Source of the DNA: Parcubacteria group bacterium GW2011_GWA1_56_13
GTDB lineage: Bacteria; Patescibacteriota; Minisyncoccia; Phycocordibacterales; Phycocordibacteraceae
Assembly: GCA_001004905.1 (NCBI GenBank)
Contig: LCRY01000002.1
Span: 115,577-179,576 of the forward strand
Length of the DNA stretch: 64,000 bases
Direction of reading: 5' to 3'
The notes beneath the pieces were generated by a model. That model was not told the DNA's origin and did not search any database. It worked only from the letters and a program-made list of their open reading frames with translations. Position 1 is the stretch's first letter. Each line of letters starts with the position of its first letter. A program made the translations under genes and the position numbers. Positions 20,501 to 29,397 of the stretch are shown here, piece by piece.

Positions 20501-21289
20501 GAAGTGTTCGAGAAGCGCTCGCCGAAGAATCCGGCGGTCATATCAAAATCCGACGGCCTGGTCGCGGAGATAAAGGAAGAAGGGCGTGAGAAAGTTATCG
20601 TCGTCGCTCCGACGGCGGGGCAGGGCAAAAAGGACGGTTCGGCATACGAATACCTCGCGCCGTATCCGCGCGTGCCGCTCGTTAAAGCGGGCGATACGGT
20701 AGTGAGAGGGCAGATTTTGACCGACGGTTCCGCCGACCTCGACGATCTGTTCGAGTACGCGGGCCGCGCGGTAGTGCAGGAATATATCATCACCGAAGCG
20801 TCGAAGATCTACGAGATGCAGGGCGCATCCGTATCGCGCAAGCACCTGGAAGTGGTGGTGAAGCAGATGTTCTCGCGCGTGAAGATCACCGATGCCGGCG
20901 ACACCGACCATTCGGTCGGCGACGTCGTCGAGGATTGGGAATTCGCGAAAGTGATGGCGGAGATGGAAGGAGCGGACAAAATGGCGCCGAAGGCGCGCGA
21001 GATCGTACTTGGCATCAAGGAGAGCGCGCTCTCGCGCCGTTCGTTCCTCTCGGCGGCGTCCTTCGAACAGACGACGAAAATACTCATTAATGCGGCACTG
21101 CGGGGTTCCGTTGACCGCTTGCGCGGCCTCAAAGAGAACGTCATCCTCGGGCGACTTATTCCTTCCGGCACCGGCTTTGCGGGGAGCCAGAAGCACGCGC
21201 ACATTACGAAACTCCAGTCGGAGCGTCCGCCGTCCTCGGCCCCGTCCCGCACCACCAGTTTCGCCCCGCGCCAAACCCGCGCGCTCTAG
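17570..21289 (+). CDS. rpoC: DNA-directed RNA polymerase subunit beta'
   Basis: Zn-finger CYCGKYK...CDKCGVE, the NADFDGD catalytic motif, and trigger loop/bridge helix regions. Confidence 0.95.
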   Translation: MAFTPRKFPPRDTWNGLRLALASPERILAWSSGEVTKPETINYRTQRSEKHGLFDEKIFGPEKDYECYCGKYKGIRYKGIVCDKCGVEITRSIVRRERMGHIELCTPVAHIWFLRSVPSRMALLLGASATDIEKVVYFAGYIVSKIAEDEKKRLLTELEGEYKSKYKSLTSDKERDALKEKMTLTKAEIESVVVGKVLDELEYHRFSVKYGGLFEARIGAEAIYDIFCKLDLKELEKTLSARYQHAGTAEREKLAKRLSLIAGLIASGVRPEWLFLTRIPVIPPALRPMVALEGGRHATSDVNDLYRRVINRNNRLKKLIDIHAPEVILRNEKRILQEAVDALLDNSIRKSGASAGAMTLAQRRPLKSLADYLKGKQGYFRQNLLGKRVDYSGRSVIVVGPDLELDECGLPKHMALELFRPFVIAGLLDRELAFNIRGAGRLIEDGVAEVWEILEEAIAGKYVLLNRAPTLHRQGIQAFRPQLIEGDAIQLHPLVCNAFNADFDGDQMAVHVPLSEEAQWEAKNVMSANKNILKPGSGDMIVLTGKPLDIILGVYWLTKAVEKAKGEGEHFASPNAAILASEYGAVDLRAKIKVLPVSGKEKYATFENRPFETTVGRLLFNTVLPADYPFINETITKKVLSRIVTDCITRYGLDAVPGIVNKVKRFGFDYATRSGISWAINDVSVPKEKTRIIDGAVAKVAALEKDYQNGLLSEEEKRRMAIEIWQGAKQAVEEEVALELDPMGSVADMVRSGARGTLGNLTQMAGMKGLIQNTAGVTIEVPIISSMIEGLNPIEYFMSTHGARKGLTDTALGTAKAGYLTRRLFDVAQDSIVTEKDCGTARGVKINRMSASGIQINYAEALRGRVLAEDAKDQDGTVLFKKGHYLSKGDAEALDASSIATVVSRSPMSCETRYGVCQTCYGMDLTTQELVDLGEAVGTVAAQAIGEPGTQLTMRTFHAGGVASIGGDITSGLPRVEEVFEKRSPKNPAVISKSDGLVAEIKEEGREKVIVVAPTAGQGKKDGSAYEYLAPYPRVPLVKAGDTVVRGQILTDGSADLDDLFEYAGRAVVQEYIITEASKIYEMQGASVSRKHLEVVVKQMFSRVKITDAGDTDHSVGDVVEDWEFAKVMAEMEGADKMAPKAREIVLGIKESALSRRSFLSAASFEQTTKILINAALRGSVDRLRGLKENVILGRLIPSGTGFAGSQKHAHITKLQSERPPSSAPSRTTSFAPRQTRAL

Positions 21290-21300
21290 AGCTTCGCGCC

Positions 21301-21392
21301 GCGTGCGATTTTTGAGCACAGCGTAATTTTCTGCTGAAAATTCGCTCCGCTCTCGCGCCATCGCGCTGCGAGAGTCCCAAAAATCGCACGCG
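21301..21392. repeat. ~90-bp palindromic (MITE/RPE-like) element, copy A, intergenic rpoC-dnaG
   Basis: Terminal inverted repeats cgcGTGCGATTTTTG / CAAAAATCGCACgcg and internal ATTTTCtgctGAAAAT palindrome. Second copy at 32251-32338. Confidence 0.6.
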
Positions 21393-21412
21393 GTGCTTCA
21401 CTTAAAATATAA

Positions 21413-21450
21413 AAACGGCGCGGAACCTTGGAAGGTTCTCGCGCCGCCTG
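21413..21450 (-). terminator. Intrinsic terminator for minus-strand small ORF (hairpin + TTTTTATATTTT on minus strand)
   Basis: cggcgcggaacc...ggttctcgcgccg hairpin followed on the minus strand by a T-run. Confidence 0.4.
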
Positions 21451-21463
21451 TCTCGACGATACG

Positions 21464-21622
21464 TCACCATCGCTTTAAGAAGATCCATATAAGAGCGATG
21501 ATGCCGCCCAGCAGAACCATGGTTCCGATGAGATTGGATGAATCGGGTATCCGAATGATGTACATCCCAAGACCGATGTCGCCAATCGCAAGCGTTCCGA
21601 GCACTAACGGTTCGATTTTCAT
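21464..21622 (-). CDS. Small membrane protein (52 aa, 2 predicted TM). Not in the ORF track
   Basis: MKIEPLVLGTLAIGDIGLGMYIIRIPDSSNLIGTMVLLGGIIALIWIFLKRW. SD GGAGGGG 2-4 nt before the ATG; followed by a terminator. Confidence 0.4.
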   Translation of the reverse strand: MKIEPLVLGTLAIGDIGLGMYIIRIPDSSNLIGTMVLLGGIIALIWIFLKRW

Positions 21623-21709
21623 CGCCCCTCCAAGAGTTGAGCTAAATTAATGATTGCATTTATTTCCAGGCCTGTCAAATGTTTGTAAAACGCGGTAAAC
21701 TCAACTGAA

Positions 21710-23389
21710 ATGGCCACCGACAGCGTCGCGCAGATCAAGGAGCGCTTGAACATACAGGACATCATTGCTCCATACGTGAAGCTCAAGAGAGCGGGCAGAT
21801 CGCTCGTGGGTCTGTGCCCGTTCCATAAAGAAAAGACGCCGAGTTTCCATGTCAGCCCCGAGCGCGGCACGTGGCATTGTTTCGGTTGCGGGCTCGGCGG
21901 CGACGGCTTCTCGTTCATCGAAAAAGTCGAAGGAGTGGATTTCAAAGGAGCTCTGAAAATACTGGCGGAGAAGGCGGGTGTCACTATCGAGTATCAGGGA
22001 AGCGGAAATCGCGAAGACGCGTCGAAAAAAGAGCGCCTACGCTCCCTTATGAGCCGTGCAAGCGAATGGTATGCGGGCAAGCTCCCGGGGAGCCCGGCCG
22101 AAGCGTATGCGAAAGCGCGCAGCATGACCGAAGAAACCATCCGCGCGTGGCGCCTCGGCCACGCCCCGGAGGCGTGGCGCGCGCTCCTTGAGGCGCTCAC
22201 GACTGAAGGGTTCACGATAGAAGAACTCCTTTCCACCGGACTTATCAAGGAGGCAGACGGCAAAAAAGGCACGTACTACGACCGCTTCCGCAACCGGCTC
22301 GTGTTCCCGATACGCGACACCGCCGGTCGCGTCGTCGCGTTTACCGGTCGCGCCCTTGCCGCGGACGACCAGGCGAAGTATCTCAATAGTCCGGAAACGG
22401 AGCTCTATCATAAATCCGAGATACTTTTCGGCATGGACTCCGCGAAGGACGCGATACGGACGCGCAAGTTCACGATGCTCGTCGAAGGGCAGATAGACGT
22501 CCTGCTTGCGCACCAGGCGGGCTTTCAGAACGCCGTGGCGCTCTCGGGCACGGCTCTCTCCGAGAAACATCTTGCCCTCATGAAGCGTTATAGCGAGAAT
22601 CTCATGCTTATTCTCGACGCCGACATGGCGGGCCTCAAGGCGACCGCGCGCTCGGCGGAACTGGCCCTGCGGCACGGCCTACGCGTGAAGGCGGTCCGGC
22701 TCCCGACAGGGAAGGACCCGGCGGACCTCGTCAAAGAAGACGCAAAAGAGTTTGCCAAGCGCGTCGCCGCGGCAAAACCAATCGTCGAGTTCTTTCTCGC
22801 GGAGCTTGCGGAGAAAGAGCATGACTCGCACCGCCTCTTGCGGTCCGCCGAAGAGATAGTACTTCCGCTCATACGCGCCATGCCGAGCCCCATGGAGCGC
22901 GAACACTTTACGCAATCAACGGCGCGCGTGCTCGGCTTAAGCACTGAGGCGGTCCGCGAATCCCTCGCGAAATTGCCGCAGGTGCATGCGGAAGAATCCA
23001 TGAAGCGCGCAGGTACCGCCGAAACCGCGAAGCGTTCCGCGCGCCAGTTGCGCGAGGAAATGCTTCTGGCCGTTGTCCACGTGTATCCCGGTACCCCGCT
23101 TGCAGAGCGCATCAAGTCAGAGTATTGTCGAATTACTGGAGCCCATCAGCTTCCCGCTGACGTCCCTCAAGAACCGGCCCTCTTCCAAGCGGAACAGGCA
23201 TTCGGCGAGGAACCTGCGGAAGAAGCGGGAGATGAGCTTCTTCGCGCCTTTGAAGAAGCGACTATTCGCGAGGCGTATCAAGAAGCAGTCACACGGTTGC
23301 GAAGGGCCGAAGCCGCGCTCGATGCGGCGGCGGTTCAAAGTGCACAGGAAGCGTGCGCCGTGCTCTCGGCGCGTCTCTCGGTATTTTGA
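21710..23389 (+). CDS. dnaG: DNA primase
   Basis: CHC2 zinc finger [13 protein letters not shown]...HCFGCG. TOPRIM region ([18 protein letters not shown]). Confidence 0.9.
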   Translation: MATDSVAQIKERLNIQDIIAPYVKLKRAGRSLVGLCPFHKEKTPSFHVSPERGTWHCFGCGLGGDGFSFIEKVEGVDFKGALKILAEKAGVTIEYQGSGNREDASKKERLRSLMSRASEWYAGKLPGSPAEAYAKARSMTEETIRAWRLGHAPEAWRALLEALTTEGFTIEELLSTGLIKEADGKKGTYYDRFRNRLVFPIRDTAGRVVAFTGRALAADDQAKYLNSPETELYHKSEILFGMDSAKDAIRTRKFTMLVEGQIDVLLAHQAGFQNAVALSGTALSEKHLALMKRYSENLMLILDADMAGLKATARSAELALRHGLRVKAVRLPTGKDPADLVKEDAKEFAKRVAAAKPIVEFFLAELAEKEHDSHRLLRSAEEIVLPLIRAMPSPMEREHFTQSTARVLGLSTEAVRESLAKLPQVHAEESMKRAGTAETAKRSARQLREEMLLAVVHVYPGTPLAERIKSEYCRITGAHQLPADVPQEPALFQAEQAFGEEPAEEAGDELLRAFEEATIREAYQEAVTRLRRAEAALDAAAVQSAQEACAVLSARLSVF

Positions 23390-23424
23390 CAGCAGACCCC
23401 GAGTTTCCCGTCTCCATTTTTGGA

Positions 23425-24648
23425 ATGGCAAAATCTACCGTAAAAAAGAAGAGGAAAATGCATACAACCGCAAAGAAGCGGGGGGCTAAGCGCGCGCCCG
23501 CCGGCAAGCGTCGCGCGCAGCCGAAGCGCACCAAAAAGCACGTCCTGCGCGCGGCGGTGCGGGGAGCAAAGGCAAAAGCGGACTCGCAGAAAGCGCTTTC
23601 GGCGGATGCGCTCATCGAAAAAGGGAAAGAGCGGGGCTATGTCACTTACAGTGAGATCCTGAAATCGTTCCCGCATGTCGAGGACGACGTCGATTTTCTC
23701 GAATCGCTGTACGAGCGTTTTGCGGTCGCCGGCGTTGATGTGCTTGAAGGCGGCATGCTCGAAGATGCCGCGAACGAATATCTCGCGACGCGCAACATCA
23801 AGGACCGTCATTCCACCGGATACGACTCCATCCAGATCTACCTGCGCGAGATCGGCCAATACCCCCTTCTCACCGCCGCCGAAGAACGCGAGCTCGCGAA
23901 GCGCATCGAAAAGGGCGATGCCGAAGCGCGCAATATTCTCGCGCGCAGCAACCTGCGCCTTGTGGTTTCCATCGCAAAGAAATATGTGGGACGCAGCCCC
24001 GATCTCACGCTTCTCGACCTCATTCAGGAAGGAAATCTGGGACTCTTCCGCGCGGTGGACAAGTTCGACTGGAAAAAGGGGTACAAATTCTCGACCTATG
24101 CGACGTGGTGGATCCGCCAGGCCATCACGCGCGCGCTTGCCGACCAGTCCCGTACCATCCGCATTCCCGTCCACATGGTGGAGACCATCGCAAAGTACAA
24201 ACAGGTCTCACGTCGCCTCTCGCAGGCGCTCGGCCGCGAACCGCAGGCGGAGGAGATAGCGATAGAAATGGGGGTGGAGCCGGAAAAGATCTACCAGATA
24301 GAAAAGATAAACCAGGACACGCTTTCTCTCGAAAATCCGGTCGGCTCCGACGACGACGAGCGGTCAACGCTCGGCGATTTCATTCCCGACGATAAGATAC
24401 CGTCGCCCGTGCAGGAATCCTCCGAGCGCATTCTTGCGGAACAGGTGCGTACCATCCTCACCGACCTCTCGCCGAAAGAGCGCAAGATACTCGAAATGCG
24501 CCACGGCCTTATGGACGGCATTTACCATACGCTCGAAGAAGTGGGGAAGGAGTTCGGCGTCACCCGCGAGCGCATCCGCCAGATCGAAGCGAAAGCGCTG
24601 GAGAAAATCCGCACCCACGAACGCGCCCGCCACCTGAAGTCGTATTGA
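23425..24648 (+). CDS. rpoD: RNA polymerase sigma-70 factor (primary sigma)
   Basis: Region 2 [13 protein letters not shown], regions 3-4, and 4.2 [27 protein letters not shown]. Start MAKSTVKKK at 23425, overlapping the dnaG 3' end. Confidence 0.9.
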   Translation: MAKSTVKKKRKMHTTAKKRGAKRAPAGKRRAQPKRTKKHVLRAAVRGAKAKADSQKALSADALIEKGKERGYVTYSEILKSFPHVEDDVDFLESLYERFAVAGVDVLEGGMLEDAANEYLATRNIKDRHSTGYDSIQIYLREIGQYPLLTAAEERELAKRIEKGDAEARNILARSNLRLVVSIAKKYVGRSPDLTLLDLIQEGNLGLFRAVDKFDWKKGYKFSTYATWWIRQAITRALADQSRTIRIPVHMVETIAKYKQVSRRLSQALGREPQAEEIAIEMGVEPEKIYQIEKINQDTLSLENPVGSDDDERSTLGDFIPDDKIPSPVQESSERILAEQVRTILTDLSPKERKILEMRHGLMDGIYHTLEEVGKEFGVTRERIRQIEAKALEKIRTHERARHLKSY

Positions 24649-24658
24649 AAATAAATAA

Positions 24659-24686
24659 CGCGCAGGGGAAGAAATGTCCCTGCGCG
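24659..24686. terminator. Bidirectional hairpin terminator between rpoD (+) and ORF 24706-25182 (-)
   Basis: cgcgcaggg...ccctgcgcg stem with a T-rich tract on the minus side (rc of ttgaaaataaataa). Confidence 0.45.
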
Positions 24687-24705
24687 TCTTAGCGTGTGCC
24701 GTCTG

Positions 24706-25182
24706 CTACCAGGTCGGTATCAGCGGGCCGCCCATCGTATCGGCCTCTCCGAGCAATGACCCGTTGAAGCGGATGAGTTCGTGGCCCCGAAAGGGCTTAT
24801 TGAAGGCGCCTTTCGCACTGTTCCGGTAGGTCACGTTCACGAGAGCGAACGTCTGCTGTCCGCGCCCGCCGAGCCAATGCCTTTGCTGGTACGCTCCGCG
24901 AAGAGCCGCTTCCAGGCAGGGCATAGCCCTCTCGTCATATTGTCCTTTTGTGTACATGTCCCAGATCGGCTCCCCGTTGTAGAGGATTGCGACCGCCCGT
25001 GAGAAGCCGTTGCCGGACGGATTCACGAGCGTCTTGATCCTGACTGTCCATGGCGACCGTACGTAGTCCTCTTGTCCGCTCACCATCGCTTCGAAAAAGA
25101 TGCGCAGGGCATCAGCCCACAGGTTCGGCAGGTGGGCCTGCGATAATTCAGTACTGCCCGCCAGCTTCATATTCGTCTCCAT
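24706..25182 (-). CDS. Hypothetical protein (158 aa)
   Basis: Coding-like composition and a flanking terminator; no recognised motif. Confidence 0.4.
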   Translation of the reverse strand: METNMKLAGSTELSQAHLPNLWADALRIFFEAMVSGQEDYVRSPWTVRIKTLVNPSGNGFSRAVAILYNGEPIWDMYTKGQYDERAMPCLEAALRGAYQQRHWLGGRGQQTFALVNVTYRNSAKGAFNKPFRGHELIRFNGSLLGEADTMGGPLIPTW

Positions 25183-25362
25183 GTCCTCTCCTCTGTTTCT
25201 GGACCGGTTGTATGGGATAAGAGCAGAATCTCTGTTTCGTTTATAACCGAATGACGGCCTACTGTCAAGGTTTTTTCATCCAAAAGCCGTGTGGAGCGCG
25301 GGATATCTCGCAAAAAGAGTGGGGCTCCCGCGAAATGGTTCGCGAGAGCCCCTGCGGCTGAT

Positions 25363-25590
25363 TCAGTCCGCGGCTTGTTTGAACGATACTACCGCTCCGG
25401 CTACGAGTGCCGCCAAAAGCGCGAGAGCGAGAAAGGACACCCAGTCGATCGAAACGTCTCGTAAGGCGTCGGTTATCTCCGGCGGCGTAAACGGAGCGAG
25501 CATGGTCACCGGCATCGCTATCGCCACGAACGTGGTGATCATCGCCGACGCTATGCGTTCGAACGGCGAACGACAGTCTGTCTTTTTCAA
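25363..25590 (-). CDS. Small hypothetical membrane protein (75 aa)
   Basis: Two hydrophobic segments. Imperfect hairpin (ggggctcccgcgaa/ttcgcgagagcccc) with T-run on the minus strand downstream. Confidence 0.35.
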   Translation of the reverse strand: MKKTDCRSPFERIASAMITTFVAIAMPVTMLAPFTPPEITDALRDVSIDWVSFLALALLAALVAGAVVSFKQAAD

Positions 25591-25680
25591 AGTATTCCCC
25601 CTTTCGTTTCACTGCATATCCCGGAGAGTCGGGCGGCAGAGAGACCTGCCAGGAACTGAAGCATTCCCGCTTATTTACGC

Positions 25681-26670
25681 ATGATTAATAAAAAGCGTCA
25701 AGTGTCTGGTATACTTCACGATATGGAGCGGAGGAAGAAAGTGCATGCAAAAAAACCGGCGCTTCCCATCAAGCACTGGAGCCATTCGTCGCTCATGTCG
25801 TTTTTGCGCAATCCGTTGGCCTGGTACAAGCGGTACGTCGAGGAGGTATACGATACGCCTTCCACGCCGGCTTCCATCGTCGGCCGCGCCGGGCACCTGG
25901 CGCTCGAGCATTTCTACCGCCAAGTGAGCGAGCGTCAGGCGCAAGTTGAAAATTTTGCGCCTGGCCGAGCGAACGCTGGAGGAAACACTTTTTCGGAAAA
26001 TGTACTGAAAAAGTGTTATCGGGGCGCGGACAAGGAATCGGCGATGCAAAAAGGCCTCGCCTATATCCGAGGCATCGGGGATTTCGAGATCGATTTCAAG
26101 AAGGCCAAGACGCGCCGCGCGAAAAAAGAAAAGCGCAAAGCGATGGAACAGGAATATCTGCGCGCCGTTTCGTTCTATCTGGAGCGCCCGCCGAGGCACA
26201 AGGTGCTCGGCGTTGAAGTGAAGGGCCTGGTTGAAGTGGATGGCCTTCCGCTTCCCATCAAGGCGGTTTCTGACCTCGTCGTCGCTTCGCGCGTAGAGCG
26301 GGGCGCCGTGGACATCGTGGACCACAAATTCGTCGCCTCCTTCAGCAAAGGAGGCGCGGCGAAGGCGCTTTTTATCATCCAGGCCATTTTCAATTACTAC
26401 ACGGTGCAGGAGATGTTCGGGAAGCCGGTGCGCCGCTTCCTCGTCTACGAATGCAAAAAGACGAGGAACGCCGACGGAGGTCCGCAGATGCGGCGCTACG
26501 AAATAGATTTCCGCAAGCATGCGGAGGACTTTACGGTGTTCCATCGCCTGGTGAATGACGCGACGAAGGAAATATCCCGGCGGCGCCTGTATCTGCCGAA
26601 CCCCTCCGACATGTTTGAAGGTGATAATTCTTTTGATATCTATCGTCTTGAATTAATTGACGACGAGTAA
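25681..26670 (+). CDS. PD-(D/E)XK nuclease superfamily protein (RecB/Cas4-like nuclease domain, no Cys cluster)
   Basis: N-terminal HWSHSSLMSFLRNPLAWYKRYV and later VDIVDHK (D..(D/E)xK-like) resemble the PDDEXK_1 family. The antisense 289-aa ORF is Arg-rich and spurious. Confidence 0.5.
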   Translation: MINKKRQVSGILHDMERRKKVHAKKPALPIKHWSHSSLMSFLRNPLAWYKRYVEEVYDTPSTPASIVGRAGHLALEHFYRQVSERQAQVENFAPGRANAGGNTFSENVLKKCYRGADKESAMQKGLAYIRGIGDFEIDFKKAKTRRAKKEKRKAMEQEYLRAVSFYLERPPRHKVLGVEVKGLVEVDGLPLPIKAVSDLVVASRVERGAVDIVDHKFVASFSKGGAAKALFIIQAIFNYYTVQEMFGKPVRRFLVYECKKTRNADGGPQMRRYEIDFRKHAEDFTVFHRLVNDATKEISRRRLYLPNPSDMFEGDNSFDIYRLELIDDE

Positions 26671-26724
26671 AGTAAAAGGCGGCCCTTCTCTAAGAGGCCG
26701 CCAGTGTTTCCAAACGCGAACTGT

Positions 26725-27555
26725 CTAGCTCCAATACCCACGCACTTGTTCCAGTAATCTCTTCGCGACATTGACATTTTTCCGTGTCGAGAATCGGGAG
26801 AAAAACCGTGGATGTAGTTCTGGAGTTACGGAGCCTTTCCAGCCGCTCGCTTGCACGTGCTGGCAGAACTCGCGGATGTCCAGAACACCATCATCCAACC
26901 AAAGATTGCGGCCGCCACGATTGCCCCTGGCGGGACTGAAGTTGTTGAGGTGGATTTCCCGTACCAGATGACGGTATTTGTCGAAGAAGTCGACAAGGCG
27001 TTTCATCAGAACAGCGGGTGGAACACCCACCAGGTTTTCCACGCCGTGCTTCCCAATCTGGTATTCGAGCAAGTGCTGAGTGTCCAGAGTAAGGGATATT
27101 TCATGTTCACCCACGGCGTCTATGAATTCCTCGAACGGACAATTGTAGTTGCCGTTCGGAACCGTAGTTGCCGTCTGAAGGGTCCAGTTCGGATGAACTC
27201 GTCGGTTCTTTACGACCTCTCGCCAATGGTAACCATAGGCAACCACAAGCTCTGTCGCATCACCGAACTGATCTTCAAGCGAAGCGTCAACAGGCAAGAG
27301 TCCGCCCCACAGTGCCGGAATGCGTATCTCCGGGTGAGTAACATCGGAATTCCAGTCCAGAGCTTCGTGCAGATGTAGCTCAAGCTGGCGGACGGTGGCG
27401 TTCTCGCGGTACCGCTCCAAAGAAGGATAACTCCACAAGAAGCGGAACCGGAACATTTCAAGACCATCGAAACCGGCCTGTTCTGCGATATCCATAGCGG
27501 TCACCGCTGAAGCAGGGAACACAGACAGTGATTGCAGAAAGAACTTCTGGGACAC
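26725..27555 (-). CDS. Xylose-isomerase-like TIM-barrel protein (sugar phosphate isomerase/epimerase family)
   Basis: AMDIAEQAGFDGLEM and EIHLNN...LWLDDGVLD resemble AP_endonuc_2/TIM-barrel family motifs. Confidence 0.45.
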   Translation of the reverse strand: MSQKFFLQSLSVFPASAVTAMDIAEQAGFDGLEMFRFRFLWSYPSLERYRENATVRQLELHLHEALDWNSDVTHPEIRIPALWGGLLPVDASLEDQFGDATELVVAYGYHWREVVKNRRVHPNWTLQTATTVPNGNYNCPFEEFIDAVGEHEISLTLDTQHLLEYQIGKHGVENLVGVPPAVLMKRLVDFFDKYRHLVREIHLNNFSPARGNRGGRNLWLDDGVLDIREFCQHVQASGWKGSVTPELHPRFFSRFSTRKNVNVAKRLLEQVRGYWS

Positions 27556-27659
27556 GGGCCCTCCTTCTAATGTAGTAGGGTAAGAAAACTATGAGCCATC
27601 ATGGCCCAGCGCTACTACTTGTATATCATGTTGAGCGCATTTGTCAACCAGCAAACAGT

Positions 27660-28319
27660 CTATGGAGTGTTTCCGAGGGCCTGGTCGACGAGCTGCTTCA
27701 CAATGTCGTAGGGGTAAGCGACATCCATAACGACCGGGTCCTTGCCGTTGGCTAAAATAATGGAAAAAGGAGTTCCCACGGCACCCATGTCAAGCGCGTT
27801 CTGACGGTCGGCCGTGATGCGCGCGTCAAGCGCGGCAGAGACGCTCGCATAACAGGTCGCGAAGGCGTTACCCGAGAGGCCTATTGAAGAGGCGAGCTCC
27901 CCGTAGCGAGAAGAGTCAACCGGCTGGTTGGCAAAGAGTGCATTGGCGAATTTCCAGAAACCGTCCTCGCCAGCGACTTCCCCGGCGCATTCGGCGGCTT
28001 TCGCATGCGACAGGGCATTGGGGTGTATTTCAGAAAGCGGGAAGTGCCGAAAGACCCACGCGACACGGCCGCTCGTGCCCGCGTTCGCGATTATCTGGTG
28101 CAGCGCGTCATGGAAGCCTCTGCAGTACGTGCAGTCGAAGTCGGAATATTCGATTATCATTACCGGCGCCGCCGGATTGCCGAGAATGTGATCGGAGATG
28201 CCGACGGGCCGCACGAGCGCCGGGTTGCCGGCCGTCTTCGGCATCGAGGCGTACACCGCCATCGCGACGATGATCCCGCCGGCAACTATGGCGAGCGGGA
28301 TCATGAAGGAAGGTCTCAT
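27660..28319 (-). CDS. DsbA-like thiol:disulfide oxidoreductase, membrane-anchored
   Basis: N-terminal TM helix and a thioredoxin fold with the CTYC active site. Confidence 0.7.
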   Translation of the reverse strand: MRPSFMIPLAIVAGGIIVAMAVYASMPKTAGNPALVRPVGISDHILGNPAAPVMIIEYSDFDCTYCRGFHDALHQIIANAGTSGRVAWVFRHFPLSEIHPNALSHAKAAECAGEVAGEDGFWKFANALFANQPVDSSRYGELASSIGLSGNAFATCYASVSAALDARITADRQNALDMGAVGTPFSIILANGKDPVVMDVAYPYDIVKQLVDQALGNTP

Positions 28320-28382
28320 GCTTCGAAGTGTAGCACCAAAGAGAAAAGCGGAGGGAATGCCTCCGCTTTCGAACCGCCGCTG

Positions 28383-28760
28383 TCATTTTTTGTTCGCGGC
28401 CCCGAACAGTTCCTGTATGCTCGGCCTGATGATATTGCCGCCGCTGATCGGGCGGTTCCCCCACATCGCGCGGTACAGGAACCGGACCGCTTTAGCGCCA
28501 CGTATCTCGCCCCCGACGCCGACGTGGGGGCTGAGGTGCAGCGCAAGTATCCTGCACCCGAGCGAGCGCGCCGCCTGACAGACCTTCTCCTCCGTCGGCG
28601 CCGGAGCATCGAGCACGGCCTGGATGGCTGCGTGGAGCTTTCGCCCCACTTCTGCAACCGTCTCTTCTTCCTTCCGCTCCCTTTGGCTCGCAAATCCGAG
28701 TAATGTCCCCTGTCCCATTCCCGCCTCCTTTTGGCCTGGTTGTACGACAAAAAACTTCAC
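28383..28760 (-). CDS. Hypothetical protein (125 aa)
   Basis: Only non-degenerate ORF filling the 490-nt gap between the dsbA-like and exonuclease genes on the same strand. Confidence 0.3.
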   Translation of the reverse strand: MKFFVVQPGQKEAGMGQGTLLGFASQRERKEEETVAEVGRKLHAAIQAVLDAPAPTEEKVCQAARSLGCRILALHLSPHVGVGGEIRGAKAVRFLYRAMWGNRPISGGNIIRPSIQELFGAANKK

Positions 28761-28811
28761 GCCAGCTTCAGTATATAACGTTTCCGTCCCGCGCGAAACG
28801 TTGACCGCGCG

Positions 28812-29393
28812 TTACAGCGGCAGCGCATGAGTCATTGCCGGCCCGCGCGAGGCGCCCGGAACCCACAGCGAAGTATCCAGTTTGATGTCGCGGATGTCGC
28901 GCAGGTCTTTGTACTTGAGGATGCCATGCTGGAGCGCATAGTCGTAGAGTTCCCGCGTGAGCCGCACGTCCTCGATGCAGTAATCGCGCACCTGCTCCTT
29001 CTTTCCTTCCTTCCACCATTCGCTCGCTTTCATGCCGTCGCCCGATTTACTCTTGCCCAGCGTCGCTTCGGCGAGCGACTGGAGGCGGATGCGCCGCCCA
29101 AGCACTTTCTGTACCTCGCTCATAAGATCGAGGGAATACACGTGCGAGAGATCGCCCGGGTAATAGCGGTTGAGGAGCGGAATATCAAACGTGTCCGAAT
29201 TGAATCCGACGAGCATATCGGTGCGTTCGAGAATGGGCCACAGCTTGTGCAGATCCTCTTTGAAATACGATGAGTATTCGCCCGTATCGGAGTCGTGAAT
29301 GGCCACGACGGTGAGTTCCTGCTCGTTCACGTCAATGCGCCCGCGCACCATGGAGTCGGTCACGGATTCGATATCAAAAGTCACGACGCGCAT
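28812..29393 (-). CDS. DnaQ-like 3'-5' exonuclease (RNase H-like fold)
   Basis: Exo I motif VTFDIESV, later HDSDTG...FNSDTFD acidic motifs. 4-nt gap to hisS. Confidence 0.6.
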   Translation of the reverse strand: MRVVTFDIESVTDSMVRGRIDVNEQELTVVAIHDSDTGEYSSYFKEDLHKLWPILERTDMLVGFNSDTFDIPLLNRYYPGDLSHVYSLDLMSEVQKVLGRRIRLQSLAEATLGKSKSGDGMKASEWWKEGKKEQVRDYCIEDVRLTRELYDYALQHGILKYKDLRDIRDIKLDTSLWVPGASRGPAMTHALPL

Positions 29394-29397
29394 GATA

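Noticed and set aside
25675-26544. 289-aa minus-strand ORF overlapping the PD-(D/E)XK nuclease gene
   Set aside because: Arg-rich and featureless. The plus-strand frame has nuclease motifs and coding-like GC3 bias
28316-28750. 144-aa Arg-rich ORF competing with 28383-28760
   Set aside because: Composition (RRRRRRSVRRRARSG) is non-protein-like. The other frame was chosen at low confidence
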